DNA of 64,000 nt. Origin: Bacteroidota bacterium. GTDB lineage: Bacteria > Bacteroidota > Ignavibacteria > Kapaibacteriales > UBA961. Below, one piece after another: positions 11,383 to 21,577 of this stretch. The notes beneath the pieces were generated by a model, which did not search any database, was not told the origin of the DNA, and saw only the letters and a list, made by a program, of their open reading frames with translations. How positions within the stretch are numbered: position 1 is the stretch's first letter; each line of letters opens with the position of its first letter. The position numbers and the translations under genes are program-made. The stretch covers positions 10,487 through 74,486 of the forward strand of contig JBEEPK010000004.1 in NCBI GenBank assembly GCA_041191145.1. The letters run 5' to 3'.

Positions 11383-11928
11383 ATGAAGATGTCATCACTA
11401 CAAAAATCACTCTTTGCGAGTTTCTTGTTTTTCGTCACACTCTGGTTTGGCGGTGGTTTGATTCGCACAGCCATTGGTTTTGATGTATTCCTACCCGGAA
11501 CTTTGGACATCAAGCCATTCTTACATCAAGAACAAATTAACTATTCTCTTCGATTGATGGGAATCACAGCGTATTATACCATTGCGGGATATGTTCTTGG
11601 TTTTTTGAGTGCTTTGATTCTCATGTTTACACTTAAAGGGAATATTAAGAAGAGAGGCTGGCTATTTATGGGCGCAAGTTTGTTTTTCTTATTTGCACCT
11701 TATGAATTTTATCTTGCTTGGCTTGATCTTCAATTGATTTATCGTGTCAATGCAATTGATTTTGTAAATTTGCTTAAGGACGATGGTTTACTGATACTGT
11801 TCAAACAGCGCTTCCATCCATGGATGACGGCAATCGGTTTCCTCTCCTTACTCTCCTATATCACCGCACTTCTCTTTTTGGCGTGGCAGCCGCTGAAAGC
11901 ACATGAGAAAGCGGAACATGTACAATGA
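11383..11928 (+). CDS. hypothetical membrane protein (about 5 TM helices)
   Basis: Hydrophobic segments only; no known motif. The start is uncertain among 11332, 11383 and 11389. Confidence 0.5.
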   Translation: MKMSSLQKSLFASFLFFVTLWFGGGLIRTAIGFDVFLPGTLDIKPFLHQEQINYSLRLMGITAYYTIAGYVLGFLSALILMFTLKGNIKKRGWLFMGASLFFLFAPYEFYLAWLDLQLIYRVNAIDFVNLLKDDGLLILFKQRFHPWMTAIGFLSLLSYITALLFLAWQPLKAHEKAEHVQ

Positions 11929-11945
11929 TTTTTCATTGAAAAACC

Positions 11946-12242
11946 GTGAAACTACAAAGCATATTAGATGACATGCTCACATTGGCGCATGATCTGAATT
12001 ACTCTGTTCGCAGAGAAAAGGGAAATTTCCGTGGCGGGGATTGTCGTGTCAATGATGATCGGTATATCGTCCTGAATTCACTGATTCCATTGGAATCTCG
12101 GGTAGTATTACTGGCAAGAATCCTGGCTAAACATGATTTGAAGGATATGCCAGTCAAGCCTGCAGTGAAAGCAGTGATAGAGAAAGAAAAGGGAAAAGAT
12201 GATACAGGTCGTACTATTGAAATGGAATTTTCGACTGAATAA
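11946..12242 (+). CDS. hypothetical protein (98 aa)
   Basis: Clean ORF 17 bp after the membrane protein, followed by a terminator. No recognisable motif. Confidence 0.45.
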   Translation: MKLQSILDDMLTLAHDLNYSVRREKGNFRGGDCRVNDDRYIVLNSLIPLESRVVLLARILAKHDLKDMPVKPAVKAVIEKEKGKDDTGRTIEMEFSTE

Positions 12243-12246
12243 TGAA

Positions 12247-12284
12247 AAGCCCCCAATGAGATAAATACTCTTGGGGGCTTTTTG
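12247..12284. terminator. bidirectional rho-independent terminator
   Basis: Stem GCCCCCAA/TTGGGGGC, followed by TTTTT and preceded by an A-run. It lies between convergent genes. Confidence 0.75.
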
Positions 12285-12297
12285 ATGTTATTCTATA

Positions 12298-13407
12298 TTA
12301 GCTTAGTCGAACCGGCATCACAAGTATGAGAATATCGCTGTTTTCGGATGTTGGTTCAATTAATACCGCTCTGTTTGGGGAAGAAAATGATAATCTGACC
12401 ATACCGGCCTCATCACCGGACAATTGCTGAAGGGCCTCTTCCAAGTATCTGTGATTAAATCCAATCTCAAATGTATCAGAACCTGAAAATTCGCATACTG
12501 TGGATTCATCAGCATTGCTTCCTGTTTCATCGTCTTCGCCATGTACATGAACTCTGTTCGGGGTAAGCGTGATCTTGATTTGTCTGCTTGTGCTGCTTGT
12601 AAAGAGAGCAACCCGCTTGATCACTCCTGCCAGATCCTTCTGATTGACCATGGCAATCTTGTCATTATCAACCGGTATCACATTTTCATAAGGAGGGAAA
12701 CGCTCATCAATGATGCGTGTGATGACTGTAGTGTCTGACATTGCAAAGCGAGCATGAGTACGGGTAACGGACATATCAACATTTGAATCCACTTTGCGCA
12801 GTACATCCATAGCTCTTGAAGGAATGATCACATCAAGATCATCAGGGAAATGTTCGCCACGGACAATAACGCGCGCCAAGCGATAACTATCTGTGGAAAC
12901 CCCAATCACATGATTGCCGCGGAACTGAAACAGTACGCCAGTCATGGCAGGTCGATACTCATCATCAGAAACGGCAAACATTGTTCTATTTGCTATCTTC
13001 ATTGCATCAGCTGCGGATAGCAATGCATGTTCGCCCTCAGGGAAAACAGGCTGTTGGGGATAATCGGCACTGTCCATTCCTTTCATTGTAAATGAACCAC
13101 CACTTGTTCTGAAAGTGATATCCAAATTGGAATTGATTTCAATCAACAATGCTCCTTCCTGTCCAAGCGAGCGCAATAGCTCATGTAATTTTCTTGCCGG
13201 AATCAAGACTGTTCCTTGCTCTTCAACCATGCAAGGAACATGTGTCGAAATGGTCATTTCCTGATCAGATGCAATTAAATCCAACCCTGTCTTTGAGGCG
13301 GTGCAATGCACATGTTCTAAAACAGGAAGTGTTGAACGAGGTGGAATCGCAGGCAAAACGCGCTGCATAGCTTTTTGAAAATCACCGAGTGAGATTGAAA
13401 ATTTCAT
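12298..13407 (-). CDS. dnaN: DNA polymerase III beta subunit (sliding clamp)
   Basis: 369 aa with the three-domain clamp pattern. It is not adjacent to dnaA. Confidence 0.8.
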   Translation of the reverse strand: MKFSISLGDFQKAMQRVLPAIPPRSTLPVLEHVHCTASKTGLDLIASDQEMTISTHVPCMVEEQGTVLIPARKLHELLRSLGQEGALLIEINSNLDITFRTSGGSFTMKGMDSADYPQQPVFPEGEHALLSAADAMKIANRTMFAVSDDEYRPAMTGVLFQFRGNHVIGVSTDSYRLARVIVRGEHFPDDLDVIIPSRAMDVLRKVDSNVDMSVTRTHARFAMSDTTVITRIIDERFPPYENVIPVDNDKIAMVNQKDLAGVIKRVALFTSSTSRQIKITLTPNRVHVHGEDDETGSNADESTVCEFSGSDTFEIGFNHRYLEEALQQLSGDEAGMVRLSFSSPNRAVLIEPTSENSDILILVMPVRLS

Positions 13408-13442
13408 GAGAATGCGGGTGATGATTTATGAAAGTGAATATC

Positions 13443-13709
13443 TTATAATTCGCCAAATCCGGAACTGAAAAACAAAGTGATATCATCCATTGCTTGTTTC
13501 TCATCAGGACCATCAACTGTTACTTCTAATTTGCAACCAAGTTCAGCAGCCAAAGTCATGACTCCAATGATACTCTTTGCATTGATGGAAAATCCGTCCC
13601 TGTTAAGGAAAATTTCGGATTTGTATTTTGCGGCAAGTTTAACAAGCGAAGCTGCAGGTCTTGTATGAAGACCAGCTCTATTTTTAACGGTTACGGTTGA
13701 TACTAGCAT
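13443..13709 (-). CDS. ptsH: HPr family phosphocarrier protein
   Basis: 88 aa; active-site region GLHTRPAA and the C-terminal Ser region (IGVMTL). Confidence 0.8.
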   Translation of the reverse strand: MLVSTVTVKNRAGLHTRPAASLVKLAAKYKSEIFLNRDGFSINAKSIIGVMTLAAELGCKLEVTVDGPDEKQAMDDITLFFSSGFGEL

Positions 13710-13942
13710 AGTGATTCAATTCGAGTTATTGTCTGATAATGGACCAGGTTTTATTGCGGGATTTGGTAAATACCATGATCAGATAGAAAATATACAAATT
13801 CTTATGACCTGAATTCATGGAAAATTGTCAACAATTTGTCCACAATGATAGCGAATGCCGAGAGGATGTCCAAGTTAGCAATCGAGTAAATCGTATTTTT
13901 GAAACAATGGTTCCGTATTTCTAAGTCCAGAGGCCAATTATC

Positions 13943-14536
13943 ATGTCTTTTTCATCAGCCATTCGAACAACAATTGAAGATTCAATTGCTACAAAACAAG
14001 CATTGCTTGCTAGTCAGTCTGAAGCCATTGAAAGAACCGGAATACTGCTTGCTGAGAAATTGAAAGCAGGCGGCAAGATTATGTTCTGTGGAAATGGCGG
14101 AAGTGCTGCAGATAGCCAACATCTAGCCGCTGAACTGGTGGTCAGATTACGAAGCTCCGTGAATCGCGCAGCAATTCCTGCAATGGCATTGACAGTTGAT
14201 CCTTCCATCATGACAGCTGGTGGAAATGACATCGGTTTCGAAAATGTTTTTGCTCGCTGCGTTGAAGCATATGGTCGCTCGGGTGATGTGCTCATAGGCA
14301 TTTCCACATCTGGTAATTCACAAAATGTGAAACTTGCCATGGAAAAGGCAAAACAACAAGGGGTATATGTCATTGGTCTTTTGGGTGGCTCCGGGGGTTT
14401 TCTCCTTCAAGAAAGTGACGATGCTGTTGTGGTGCCAAGTTCGGTTACGGCACGAATCCAAGAGTCGCATATCATGATTGGTCATATTTGGTGCGAAATG
14501 GTGGAAGAGATTCTATTCCCTGAGTTATTCACCTGA
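13943..14536 (+). CDS. gmhA: SIS-domain phosphoheptose isomerase (D-sedoheptulose-7-phosphate isomerase) / DiaA-like
   Basis: SIS motifs CGNGGSAADSQH and GISTSGNS. Confidence 0.8.
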   Translation: MSFSSAIRTTIEDSIATKQALLASQSEAIERTGILLAEKLKAGGKIMFCGNGGSAADSQHLAAELVVRLRSSVNRAAIPAMALTVDPSIMTAGGNDIGFENVFARCVEAYGRSGDVLIGISTSGNSQNVKLAMEKAKQQGVYVIGLLGGSGGFLLQESDDAVVVPSSVTARIQESHIMIGHIWCEMVEEILFPELFT

Positions 14537-16369
14537 TTCAATTGAATTATTCAAAATATTAAGACATAGTCTCATTGTTTCTCGATTACATTCCTTCATG
14601 CGGAAGGTAGTGTCCAATGCCTGTATGGAAATTGCAATCTGTCTAGCTGCCTTTCCTGAATATATGAGTTGAGATGCATTGTGATGCTGAACAATGTATT
14701 GAATCAATGCTTTGTCATTACCCTTGAAACGCATTCTGTCTCTGTCCAATATTAGTATGTCCTTGCCAATCAATCCCACAAGAATGTCTTTTCTTCTCAG
14801 AAACTGAAGCTTATCCTTTTCATCAATTGTAATCTCTGCAAAAATTTCATGCATGCCAATCATGAATATGATTGAACATATGCCGGAAATGAACAATTGC
14901 ATTCTGCTATTGGAACGATATGCAATCAGGATTGATGCAATGATCATGAGTGATATCCATATTGAAAATTCCCCTCGATATGCAATCCAATCTAATTTTG
15001 AAATGAGTAGATGTAATTCATCTGTAATTACAATGATTTGATGAGCAGACATTGCAAAAAGCTCTGCAAGATAAACGCTGAATGAAAAGCAAATCACCGC
15101 GATGATTGTCCAACAAAGTGCAAGGGTGAACATCGGGATAAATATGAGATTTGCAATTGGTGAAATGAATGAAATCATTTCGAAATGCCATGCAGTCAAT
15201 GGAAGTAGAATCAACATTGCCGACATTGAAGTTGATAGTGAGTGTGCAATCCATTTTGGAAAAATTTTCTGATGAGTTAAATGAAGATATTGGGGCAAGA
15301 AAATCAATCCGAACATGCCGGCCATAGACATCTGAAATCCAATTGAAGAGAGTAATGTTGGATCGAGTGAAATCATGAATCCTCCAACAGTCAGTAGAAT
15401 ATGTATTCCATGTGCTTTTCTTTGAAGTGAGAATATCGTGTAACCAAGAGATGTCATCATGCAAGCACGAATTGCCGGTGGGTCCCAATGAATGATCTCC
15501 AAAAACACAATCAATGAAAGTATGAGTAATGCATTTCTTATGATGAGTGAAGGAATCCACGAAAGAAGAAAAAGTATCATCAATGATATTATTCCAGCGT
15601 GAAATCCACTCACCGATAATATGTGTGCTGTACCCAATAAGACAAAGGCATTTCGAAGATCAGATGAAATATCCGATGTCTCTCCGAGTACTATGCCTTT
15701 GATTAATGGTACACTTTCCTTTGGAAAAATTCTACTCAATGCAATATCAATCCACTCACGAATGTACCTGATGAAAGAATAAATGCCATTGTTCGCGGAT
15801 TGAATGATGGCTGTCTCTTTCACCATAATGAGAAATTGCATGTTCTTGCTTTGTAGATAGTTCATTTGATCAAACTGGCCGCTCAATTCAGCTTTATCGG
15901 GATTTGAAGCAATTCCTCGAACCTGAATTTCCATACCTTCTTTGAGTGCCAATCGTGAACCTGTGAAGCGAAGTAGAATCCTGCAATGCTCTATTCGAGG
16001 CAATTGAGGCGTGTCTAAATACCCTTTGATGATGCACTGCGTGAAATTATTTTTCTCAGAAATTTCCTGAATTCTTCCTTTTGCAATGGCCTTGAATCGA
16101 ATGGCATGTCCTTTTACACCAATAATATTCATGGAATCTGCTTCGGCATGAATACACATTCCTAGGAGTATCGCAGATAGAATTTTCCCGATGGGTAAGA
16201 TTATAGAAAGGAAAGCCATGAATATCGACATGATTATTAAATACACCGAATCAATGCGGATATCAAGTATGCTATGTATGCTAATTCCCAGAAGCATGAA
16301 TAGCACGATGAAAAGCGTGGGTATCATGGAATATTTGAAAGTCATCTCGTCCCCTAATTGAACATTCAA
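14525..16369 (-). CDS. ComEC/Rec2 family membrane protein (competence domain, no C-terminal metallo-beta-lactamase domain)
   Basis: Polytopic membrane protein with the competence-domain motif LGTAHILSVSGFHAG. Its 3' end overlaps the gmhA 3' end by 12 bp (convergent). Confidence 0.7.
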   Translation of the reverse strand: MNVQLGDEMTFKYSMIPTLFIVLFMLLGISIHSILDIRIDSVYLIIMSIFMAFLSIILPIGKILSAILLGMCIHAEADSMNIIGVKGHAIRFKAIAKGRIQEISEKNNFTQCIIKGYLDTPQLPRIEHCRILLRFTGSRLALKEGMEIQVRGIASNPDKAELSGQFDQMNYLQSKNMQFLIMVKETAIIQSANNGIYSFIRYIREWIDIALSRIFPKESVPLIKGIVLGETSDISSDLRNAFVLLGTAHILSVSGFHAGIISLMILFLLSWIPSLIIRNALLILSLIVFLEIIHWDPPAIRACMMTSLGYTIFSLQRKAHGIHILLTVGGFMISLDPTLLSSIGFQMSMAGMFGLIFLPQYLHLTHQKIFPKWIAHSLSTSMSAMLILLPLTAWHFEMISFISPIANLIFIPMFTLALCWTIIAVICFSFSVYLAELFAMSAHQIIVITDELHLLISKLDWIAYRGEFSIWISLMIIASILIAYRSNSRMQLFISGICSIIFMIGMHEIFAEITIDEKDKLQFLRRKDILVGLIGKDILILDRDRMRFKGNDKALIQYIVQHHNASQLIYSGKAARQIAISIQALDTTFRMKECNRETMRLCLNILNNSIESGE

Positions 16370-16400
16370 AAATAAAAAAGCCGCCCAAATTGGACGGCTC
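16366..16400 (-). terminator. rho-independent terminator after the amidohydrolase gene
   Basis: On the minus strand: hairpin AGCCGTCC/GGGCGGCT, followed by TTTTTTATTTTT. Confidence 0.6.
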
Positions 16401-16425
16401 TTGCATTTCTACCGATAATCACTGA

Positions 16426-19400
16426 TTATTCTTCGTCGAATCCTGCCATGTCATCGAACACATCTTCGCAATCATAAAGATGCTTTTGTCCGGAGAATCT
16501 TCCTTTTCCGCTTGTACTTTTCTCATCAGTGTTCATGGCTTTTTGTTCGAGAGTTGCACGAATGCCTGCATCTCTTTTACGAAGTTGTTCGTCGGTTTTT
16601 CTGTCGAAATATTTGCGACCATCCACATAGGTTTGTTCAACTCTAGAGAAGTTGGACAATGGGTTGCCTGACCATACAACGATATCTGCATCTTTGCCAA
16701 TCTCAATTGAGCCAATGCGATCATCCACTTTGAGAAGTTTGGCAGGATTGATTGTGACAAATTTCATAGCTTCTTCTTCGGAGACCGGACCATATTTCAC
16801 TGACTTGCCGGCTTCTTGATTCAGTCTGCGGGCCATCTCGGCATCATCACTGTTAATGGCAACCGTTACGCCTTCTTCATGGAGAATTGCAGGGTTTTCC
16901 GGGATTGCATCATACACTTCGAATTTATATGCCCACCAATCTGCAAAACTTGAAGCTCCAACTCCATGAACCTTCATTTCTTTTGCTAGCTTATATCCTT
17001 CGAGAATATGCGTGAAAGTATTGATCTTGAAACCAAATTCTTCCGCAAGTCTAATGAGCATGAGGATTTCGCTTTGTACATAGGAATGACAATGAATTTG
17101 TCGTTTTCCTCGAATGATTTCAAGCAATGTTTCTAGTTGAATATCCTTGCGTGGAGGTAATTTTCCGGATGTTCCGGCTTCTTTCCATGCTTTTTCATAT
17201 TCAAGTGCGGCGCGGAATCCATCACGCATGATTTCTTCCACACCCATTCTGGTTTGTGGATAGCGCGATGTGAAACGATCACCCCAATTCGCCTGTTTTA
17301 CGTTTTCACCAAGTGCAAATTTGATTGTACCGGGAAAATCCATTTTCAATCCATCGGCATCATCACCCCAGCGAAGCTTGATGAGTTGTAATTGTCCGCC
17401 GATTGGATTGGCTGATCCATGAAGCAAATGGCTTGCAGTAACGCCACCGGCAAGTTGACGATAGATATTGATATCATCGGGTTGCAAAACGTCACCGATT
17501 CGAACTTCCGCTGTCACAGCATGTGTGCCTTCATTCACTCCGGATTCAATTGCAATGTGAGAGTGCTCGTCAATGATACCAGGAGCCAAATGCTTTCCGG
17601 TTGCGTCAATAACCGTATCGGCTTTTTGCTGTAAATCTTTTGCAATAGCTGTGATTTTCCCACCTGAGATCAAGACATCAACACCTTTTAATATTCCTTC
17701 TTTTGCTGAAGTCCAAACTGTGGCATTTTTGAATAATACTGTTTTCTGAGTAGGAATGCTTTCAAGACCAAATGGTCCATCGGGGAAAACAATTGGATAT
17801 GTTTTTGAAAGTGAACCAAGTTTTTCTTGATTGTTTTTTTCTATGTATCCGCTATCTCGAATTGCGGTCCAAGCAATTTCTCGACCTGTAGGCAATAATG
17901 CAGTACCTCTCGCATTTAAAGAGTCCATGAATCCAGTTGCTCGAATCATGCCAATTGCGCCGAGAGAATCGCCGGTAAAAGTGAAATGTACTTGTTTGCC
18001 TGACTGTGTGATTTTACAAGAGATTTTTACAGAATCCTTCAAGAGTGAAGCACTTGGAGCATCAATTTTTCCATCTATGTTCCATTGCATTTTCGGAAGT
18101 GATTCGGCTGTAAATCTCCAGTATCCTCTCAAATCATATTCGGGTTTTTGTTGTATGACATGTTCTTCACCGGCAACAAATACCGAAGTGATTGAACCTG
18201 ATTCAAAGAGATTCGCATCGGAAATGATAAGATTTGCAAAGGCTCCCGATTTGATAGTACCCGCCAAATCGTCTATTCCCCACATTTCTGCGGGAATCGT
18301 TGTGAGTGCGGCAAGTGCAGTTTCTTCTTTTAAGCCGTAACGAATTGCTTTGCGAAGATTCTTGAGGAAATCCGATTTGTCTTTCAATCCATGCATCGTG
18401 ATTGCAAATTTCACTCCAACAGAATCCAATGCGGCAGGATTAGAAGGCGCTGCATCCCATGCTTTCAATTCTGCAAGAGATACACCGGATGCATTTCTCA
18501 ATGATTGCACATTGGGTGCGCCCGGAAATGCAATCGGAATGATCATCTTTGACTTTAATGATGCGATTTGAGATAGTCTGCGATATTCATAGCCACTGCC
18601 TTCATAAATCATAGAAAGACCAAACTCTTTGGCAATCTTTGATGCACGAAGAACGGAGTGTTCATTATTCGTTTCGAAAATTACCGGCGTTTTTCTTGAG
18701 ATAATTCCGGCAATTGCTTCGAGAGAAAAATTTGTTTCAGGAGCCTGTATTTTGGGATTTCTTGCAAATGCGGATTGTGCTTCTGCATACCATTGACCAT
18801 CCAAAAAGGCCTGTCTGAGCAATGCAATGCTGCCCATCATTGCTGAGGGGTATGCATTGCGAGAATTACCTTTTTTGAAGGACATCCATTGTGAAATATC
18901 TGGTTTTACAATCACCTCATTCGCTGTGCCGGCTCTTGCCAATACAAGTGCCGAAGTTCCGCGCATGATGCCATCCATGGAATTAACATGAGCCATGCAA
19001 AAACCTTGTTTATACAATTCGGATGCAGACTTTTCATCAATCCCAAGTGTATTCGCAATATTCATTTCAGGCTTGATCGCCTCATTCCAGTAACGAGCTC
19101 CACGATTCAATGATCCTGGTTTCTCAACTTCATCTTCACCCTCGGCAGAAAATGCAGGTCCTTTCTTTTGAGAATTCCCTGATCCTGCTGATGAATATGA
19201 TTCAATGAAACCGGCATATACATAAGCTCCATTCAATGAACGAACTGTTGCACCAACAGGAATAACAATCTGTGCACCTGCAGCTTCAATTCTATCATTT
19301 CTAATGATAATAGTTGCATTTCTGATGATTCTGCCTGGTTCGGGTATGAGCGTACATTGAGTTAAAGCAATGTACTTTAAGGGCTTGTCACGCAAACCAT

Positions 19401-19512
19401 CAATTGATTTGCTCTGCATCAGAGGTTGTGCAAATGCGTGAAATTCACTTGTAATCCATGCAATGCAAACAAAAAGCATGAATCGGAGAAGAGAATGAAT
19501 CTTTGTGGACAT
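16426..19512 (-). CDS. large two-domain amidohydrolase family protein with signal peptide
   Basis: 1028 aa with a signal peptide. Two metal-dependent amidohydrolase-like modules (HxH-type motif IDEHSHIA; a second domain with DAD). Confidence 0.75.
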   Translation of the reverse strand: MSTKIHSLLRFMLFVCIAWITSEFHAFAQPLMQSKSIDGLRDKPLKYIALTQCTLIPEPGRIIRNATIIIRNDRIEAAGAQIVIPVGATVRSLNGAYVYAGFIESYSSAGSGNSQKKGPAFSAEGEDEVEKPGSLNRGARYWNEAIKPEMNIANTLGIDEKSASELYKQGFCMAHVNSMDGIMRGTSALVLARAGTANEVIVKPDISQWMSFKKGNSRNAYPSAMMGSIALLRQAFLDGQWYAEAQSAFARNPKIQAPETNFSLEAIAGIISRKTPVIFETNNEHSVLRASKIAKEFGLSMIYEGSGYEYRRLSQIASLKSKMIIPIAFPGAPNVQSLRNASGVSLAELKAWDAAPSNPAALDSVGVKFAITMHGLKDKSDFLKNLRKAIRYGLKEETALAALTTIPAEMWGIDDLAGTIKSGAFANLIISDANLFESGSITSVFVAGEEHVIQQKPEYDLRGYWRFTAESLPKMQWNIDGKIDAPSASLLKDSVKISCKITQSGKQVHFTFTGDSLGAIGMIRATGFMDSLNARGTALLPTGREIAWTAIRDSGYIEKNNQEKLGSLSKTYPIVFPDGPFGLESIPTQKTVLFKNATVWTSAKEGILKGVDVLISGGKITAIAKDLQQKADTVIDATGKHLAPGIIDEHSHIAIESGVNEGTHAVTAEVRIGDVLQPDDINIYRQLAGGVTASHLLHGSANPIGGQLQLIKLRWGDDADGLKMDFPGTIKFALGENVKQANWGDRFTSRYPQTRMGVEEIMRDGFRAALEYEKAWKEAGTSGKLPPRKDIQLETLLEIIRGKRQIHCHSYVQSEILMLIRLAEEFGFKINTFTHILEGYKLAKEMKVHGVGASSFADWWAYKFEVYDAIPENPAILHEEGVTVAINSDDAEMARRLNQEAGKSVKYGPVSEEEAMKFVTINPAKLLKVDDRIGSIEIGKDADIVVWSGNPLSNFSRVEQTYVDGRKYFDRKTDEQLRKRDAGIRATLEQKAMNTDEKSTSGKGRFSGQKHLYDCEDVFDDMAGFDEE

Positions 19513-19604
19513 CGTATTGAAATCCTTGTCTATTTGATTATTGGAGGGGCAAAATACTAAAAATGAATGATGTCAGCGATGCTTGTTACATACATTTTCA
19601 TAAT

Positions 19605-19638
19605 AAAAAACCCGCTCTTCAAAAGAAAAGCGGGCTTC
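19605..19638 (-). terminator. rho-independent terminator downstream of tRNA-Asp
   Basis: Hairpin CCCGCT/AGCGGG; T-run on the minus strand (A-run 19605-19610 on plus). Confidence 0.6.
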
Positions 19639-19639
19639 T

Positions 19640-19713
19640 GCGGGACCGACGAGGCTCGAACTCGCGACCTCTGCCTTGACAGGGCAGCGCTCTAACCAGC
19701 TGAGCTACGATCC
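19640..19713 (-). tRNA. tRNA-Asp (GTC)
   Basis: GGGATCGTAGCTCAGCTGGTTAGAGCGCTGCCCTGTCAAGGCAG...GGTTCGAGCC..CGGTCCCG. Anticodon loop CTGTCAA; discriminator G. Confidence 0.85.
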
Positions 19714-19730
19714 CAAGACTATGTTTGAAT

Positions 19731-19803
<73 letters not shown>

Positions 19804-20023
19804 CGTTGCAAACGCGAGCGACAAAATTAGGGTCATTTAACCGAAAAACCAAACTGTTTTTTTATTTAAAAGTAAATTCATTTGAAAAGTGATTGAAATG
19901 CATAATGAAAAGCCCTGAACTCTCCTGTTTTTTTGATAGTTTTGCTTTGTGATTATAAGTTGGTTAGTACAAAAAAACTTCCTTTTTACTTAATCACTTG
20001 TGATGTACCACATGAGATGATGG

Positions 20024-21121
20024 ATGATGATTCTTGAACTTCTTTTGCTCATAGCTTGCTTTGGGCTTAGTGCATTCAATGCCATGTCAAGGTCTGCCCT
20101 TACGGAGTTGACCCCACAATTCTTGGATGCATTTGAAGCAATAAAGCCTGATAGAGCAGGGTTCCTCATCAAACTTCGCTCCACAAATGCAGATCAGGCT
20201 CGAATCTCATTGCTCATAATGGATGCACTGATCTTGATCATGATTGGTGCAATGACATTTTCTTGGACAAATTCCAGTTTTGAAGAACCACTGGCAGAAA
20301 TACCTGCAATCGCAATTTCACTGCTCTTGGTTATTATTATCAAGACATTGACATCTGCTATTGGGGAGCGTTATGCAGAGAGACTTACCACTTCGACTGT
20401 AGTTTACCTTAGATTTCTTTCGCTAGCATTTTATCCTCTGTCAATAATACTTGGTCGTCTTGGTAGATTGATTAATCCGCCGATGACTGAATCTGAGCAA
20501 AGAGAGGAATTTGATGCTCTCGTAGATACCGCTCGTGAGGAGGGAACTCTCGATGATGGTGAATATAGAATCTTTAAAAGCATCATGAATTTCAGTGAAA
20601 TTCGTGTAGGCGATATAATGACCCCGAGATCTGTTGTATTTAGCGTTCCATCTACGAAAACAGTGGCAGAAGTTGCTTTATTACCTGAATTGCAAATGTA
20701 TTCTCGATTCCCGGTTTGGGAAGGAGACTCCATCGATGGCGTAATCGGATATGCCCTCACAAAGGATGTTCTTCGCGCCGCTCTTGACGGTAGAAGAAAT
20801 CGCACGCTCGACAGATTGGTGCGCCAAGCGAATTTCATTCCTGATAATGCCACACTCGAAAAAGCTCTCGAGCAATTTCTTCAAGGTAGACAACATATGT
20901 TTGTTGTTGTTGATGAATATGGTGGAATCGAGGGTTTGGTGACTATGGAAGATGTATTGGAAACAATGCTAGGCACTGAGATCATGGATGAAGCCGATAG
21001 AGTCGTGGACTTGCGTGATCTTGCTAAATCTCGAAGAGATAAACGCGTTGCCGAGTATCAGGAAAGAGACTTGTTGAATAAACAAGAAACCGATGAAGAC
21101 AATGATTCCGAAGAAGAATGA
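20024..21121 (+). CDS. CNNM/DUF21 transmembrane domain protein with CBS pair (HlyC/CorC-family-like, no CorC C-terminal domain), acidic C-terminus
   Basis: N-terminal 4-TM DUF21-like region, then a CBS pair (IMTPRSVVFSV..., ...VVVDEYGGIEGLVTMEDVLE). Confidence 0.75.
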   Translation: MMILELLLLIACFGLSAFNAMSRSALTELTPQFLDAFEAIKPDRAGFLIKLRSTNADQARISLLIMDALILIMIGAMTFSWTNSSFEEPLAEIPAIAISLLLVIIIKTLTSAIGERYAERLTTSTVVYLRFLSLAFYPLSIILGRLGRLINPPMTESEQREEFDALVDTAREEGTLDDGEYRIFKSIMNFSEIRVGDIMTPRSVVFSVPSTKTVAEVALLPELQMYSRFPVWEGDSIDGVIGYALTKDVLRAALDGRRNRTLDRLVRQANFIPDNATLEKALEQFLQGRQHMFVVVDEYGGIEGLVTMEDVLETMLGTEIMDEADRVVDLRDLAKSRRDKRVAEYQERDLLNKQETDEDNDSEEE

Positions 21122-21519
21122 TCGTAAAAAAAATCATATCAACTCTCCTTTTAAGCATGCTCATACTCACCATGAGTGGTGCTCCAATGCTTCTTCATCA
21201 TTGTTGCGGTGAATTAGAGTCTATATCTTTTTCACTCGATCATCAAGATGAATGCTGTAAGCAATCATTTTCAGATATCATTATTGATGCACCGGCATGT
21301 TGCGAAGATGAGATCATCGAAACAGCATTGAATCTCGAAGGATTTCCGCATACAGTATCCATTCTGTTTATTTCCCCAATGATCGAAATACTGGAATATT
21401 GGAAATCTGATATACACTCACTTGAACAATCTACCCTTCTTCTTGCCTCCTTTTTAACTTTTTCTTCCACCTCATCTCTGTTTCAAGACCGAACTGATCT
21501 CTGCATATTTCGAATATAG
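21118..21519 (+). CDS. hypothetical small secreted protein with three Cys-Cys doublets (HHCC, ECC, ACC)
   Basis: ATGA overlap with the preceding stop suggests translational coupling. Signal/TM segment, then CC doublets at residues 29-30, 46-47 and 61-62 in an acidic context. Confidence 0.5.
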   Translation: MIVKKIISTLLLSMLILTMSGAPMLLHHCCGELESISFSLDHQDECCKQSFSDIIIDAPACCEDEIIETALNLEGFPHTVSILFISPMIEILEYWKSDIHSLEQSTLLLASFLTFSSTSSLFQDRTDLCIFRI

Positions 21520-21577
21520 AATGCTGTGATTCATTATCGATTATCATTAGTATTCATTAATATTCAAGAGAACATTT

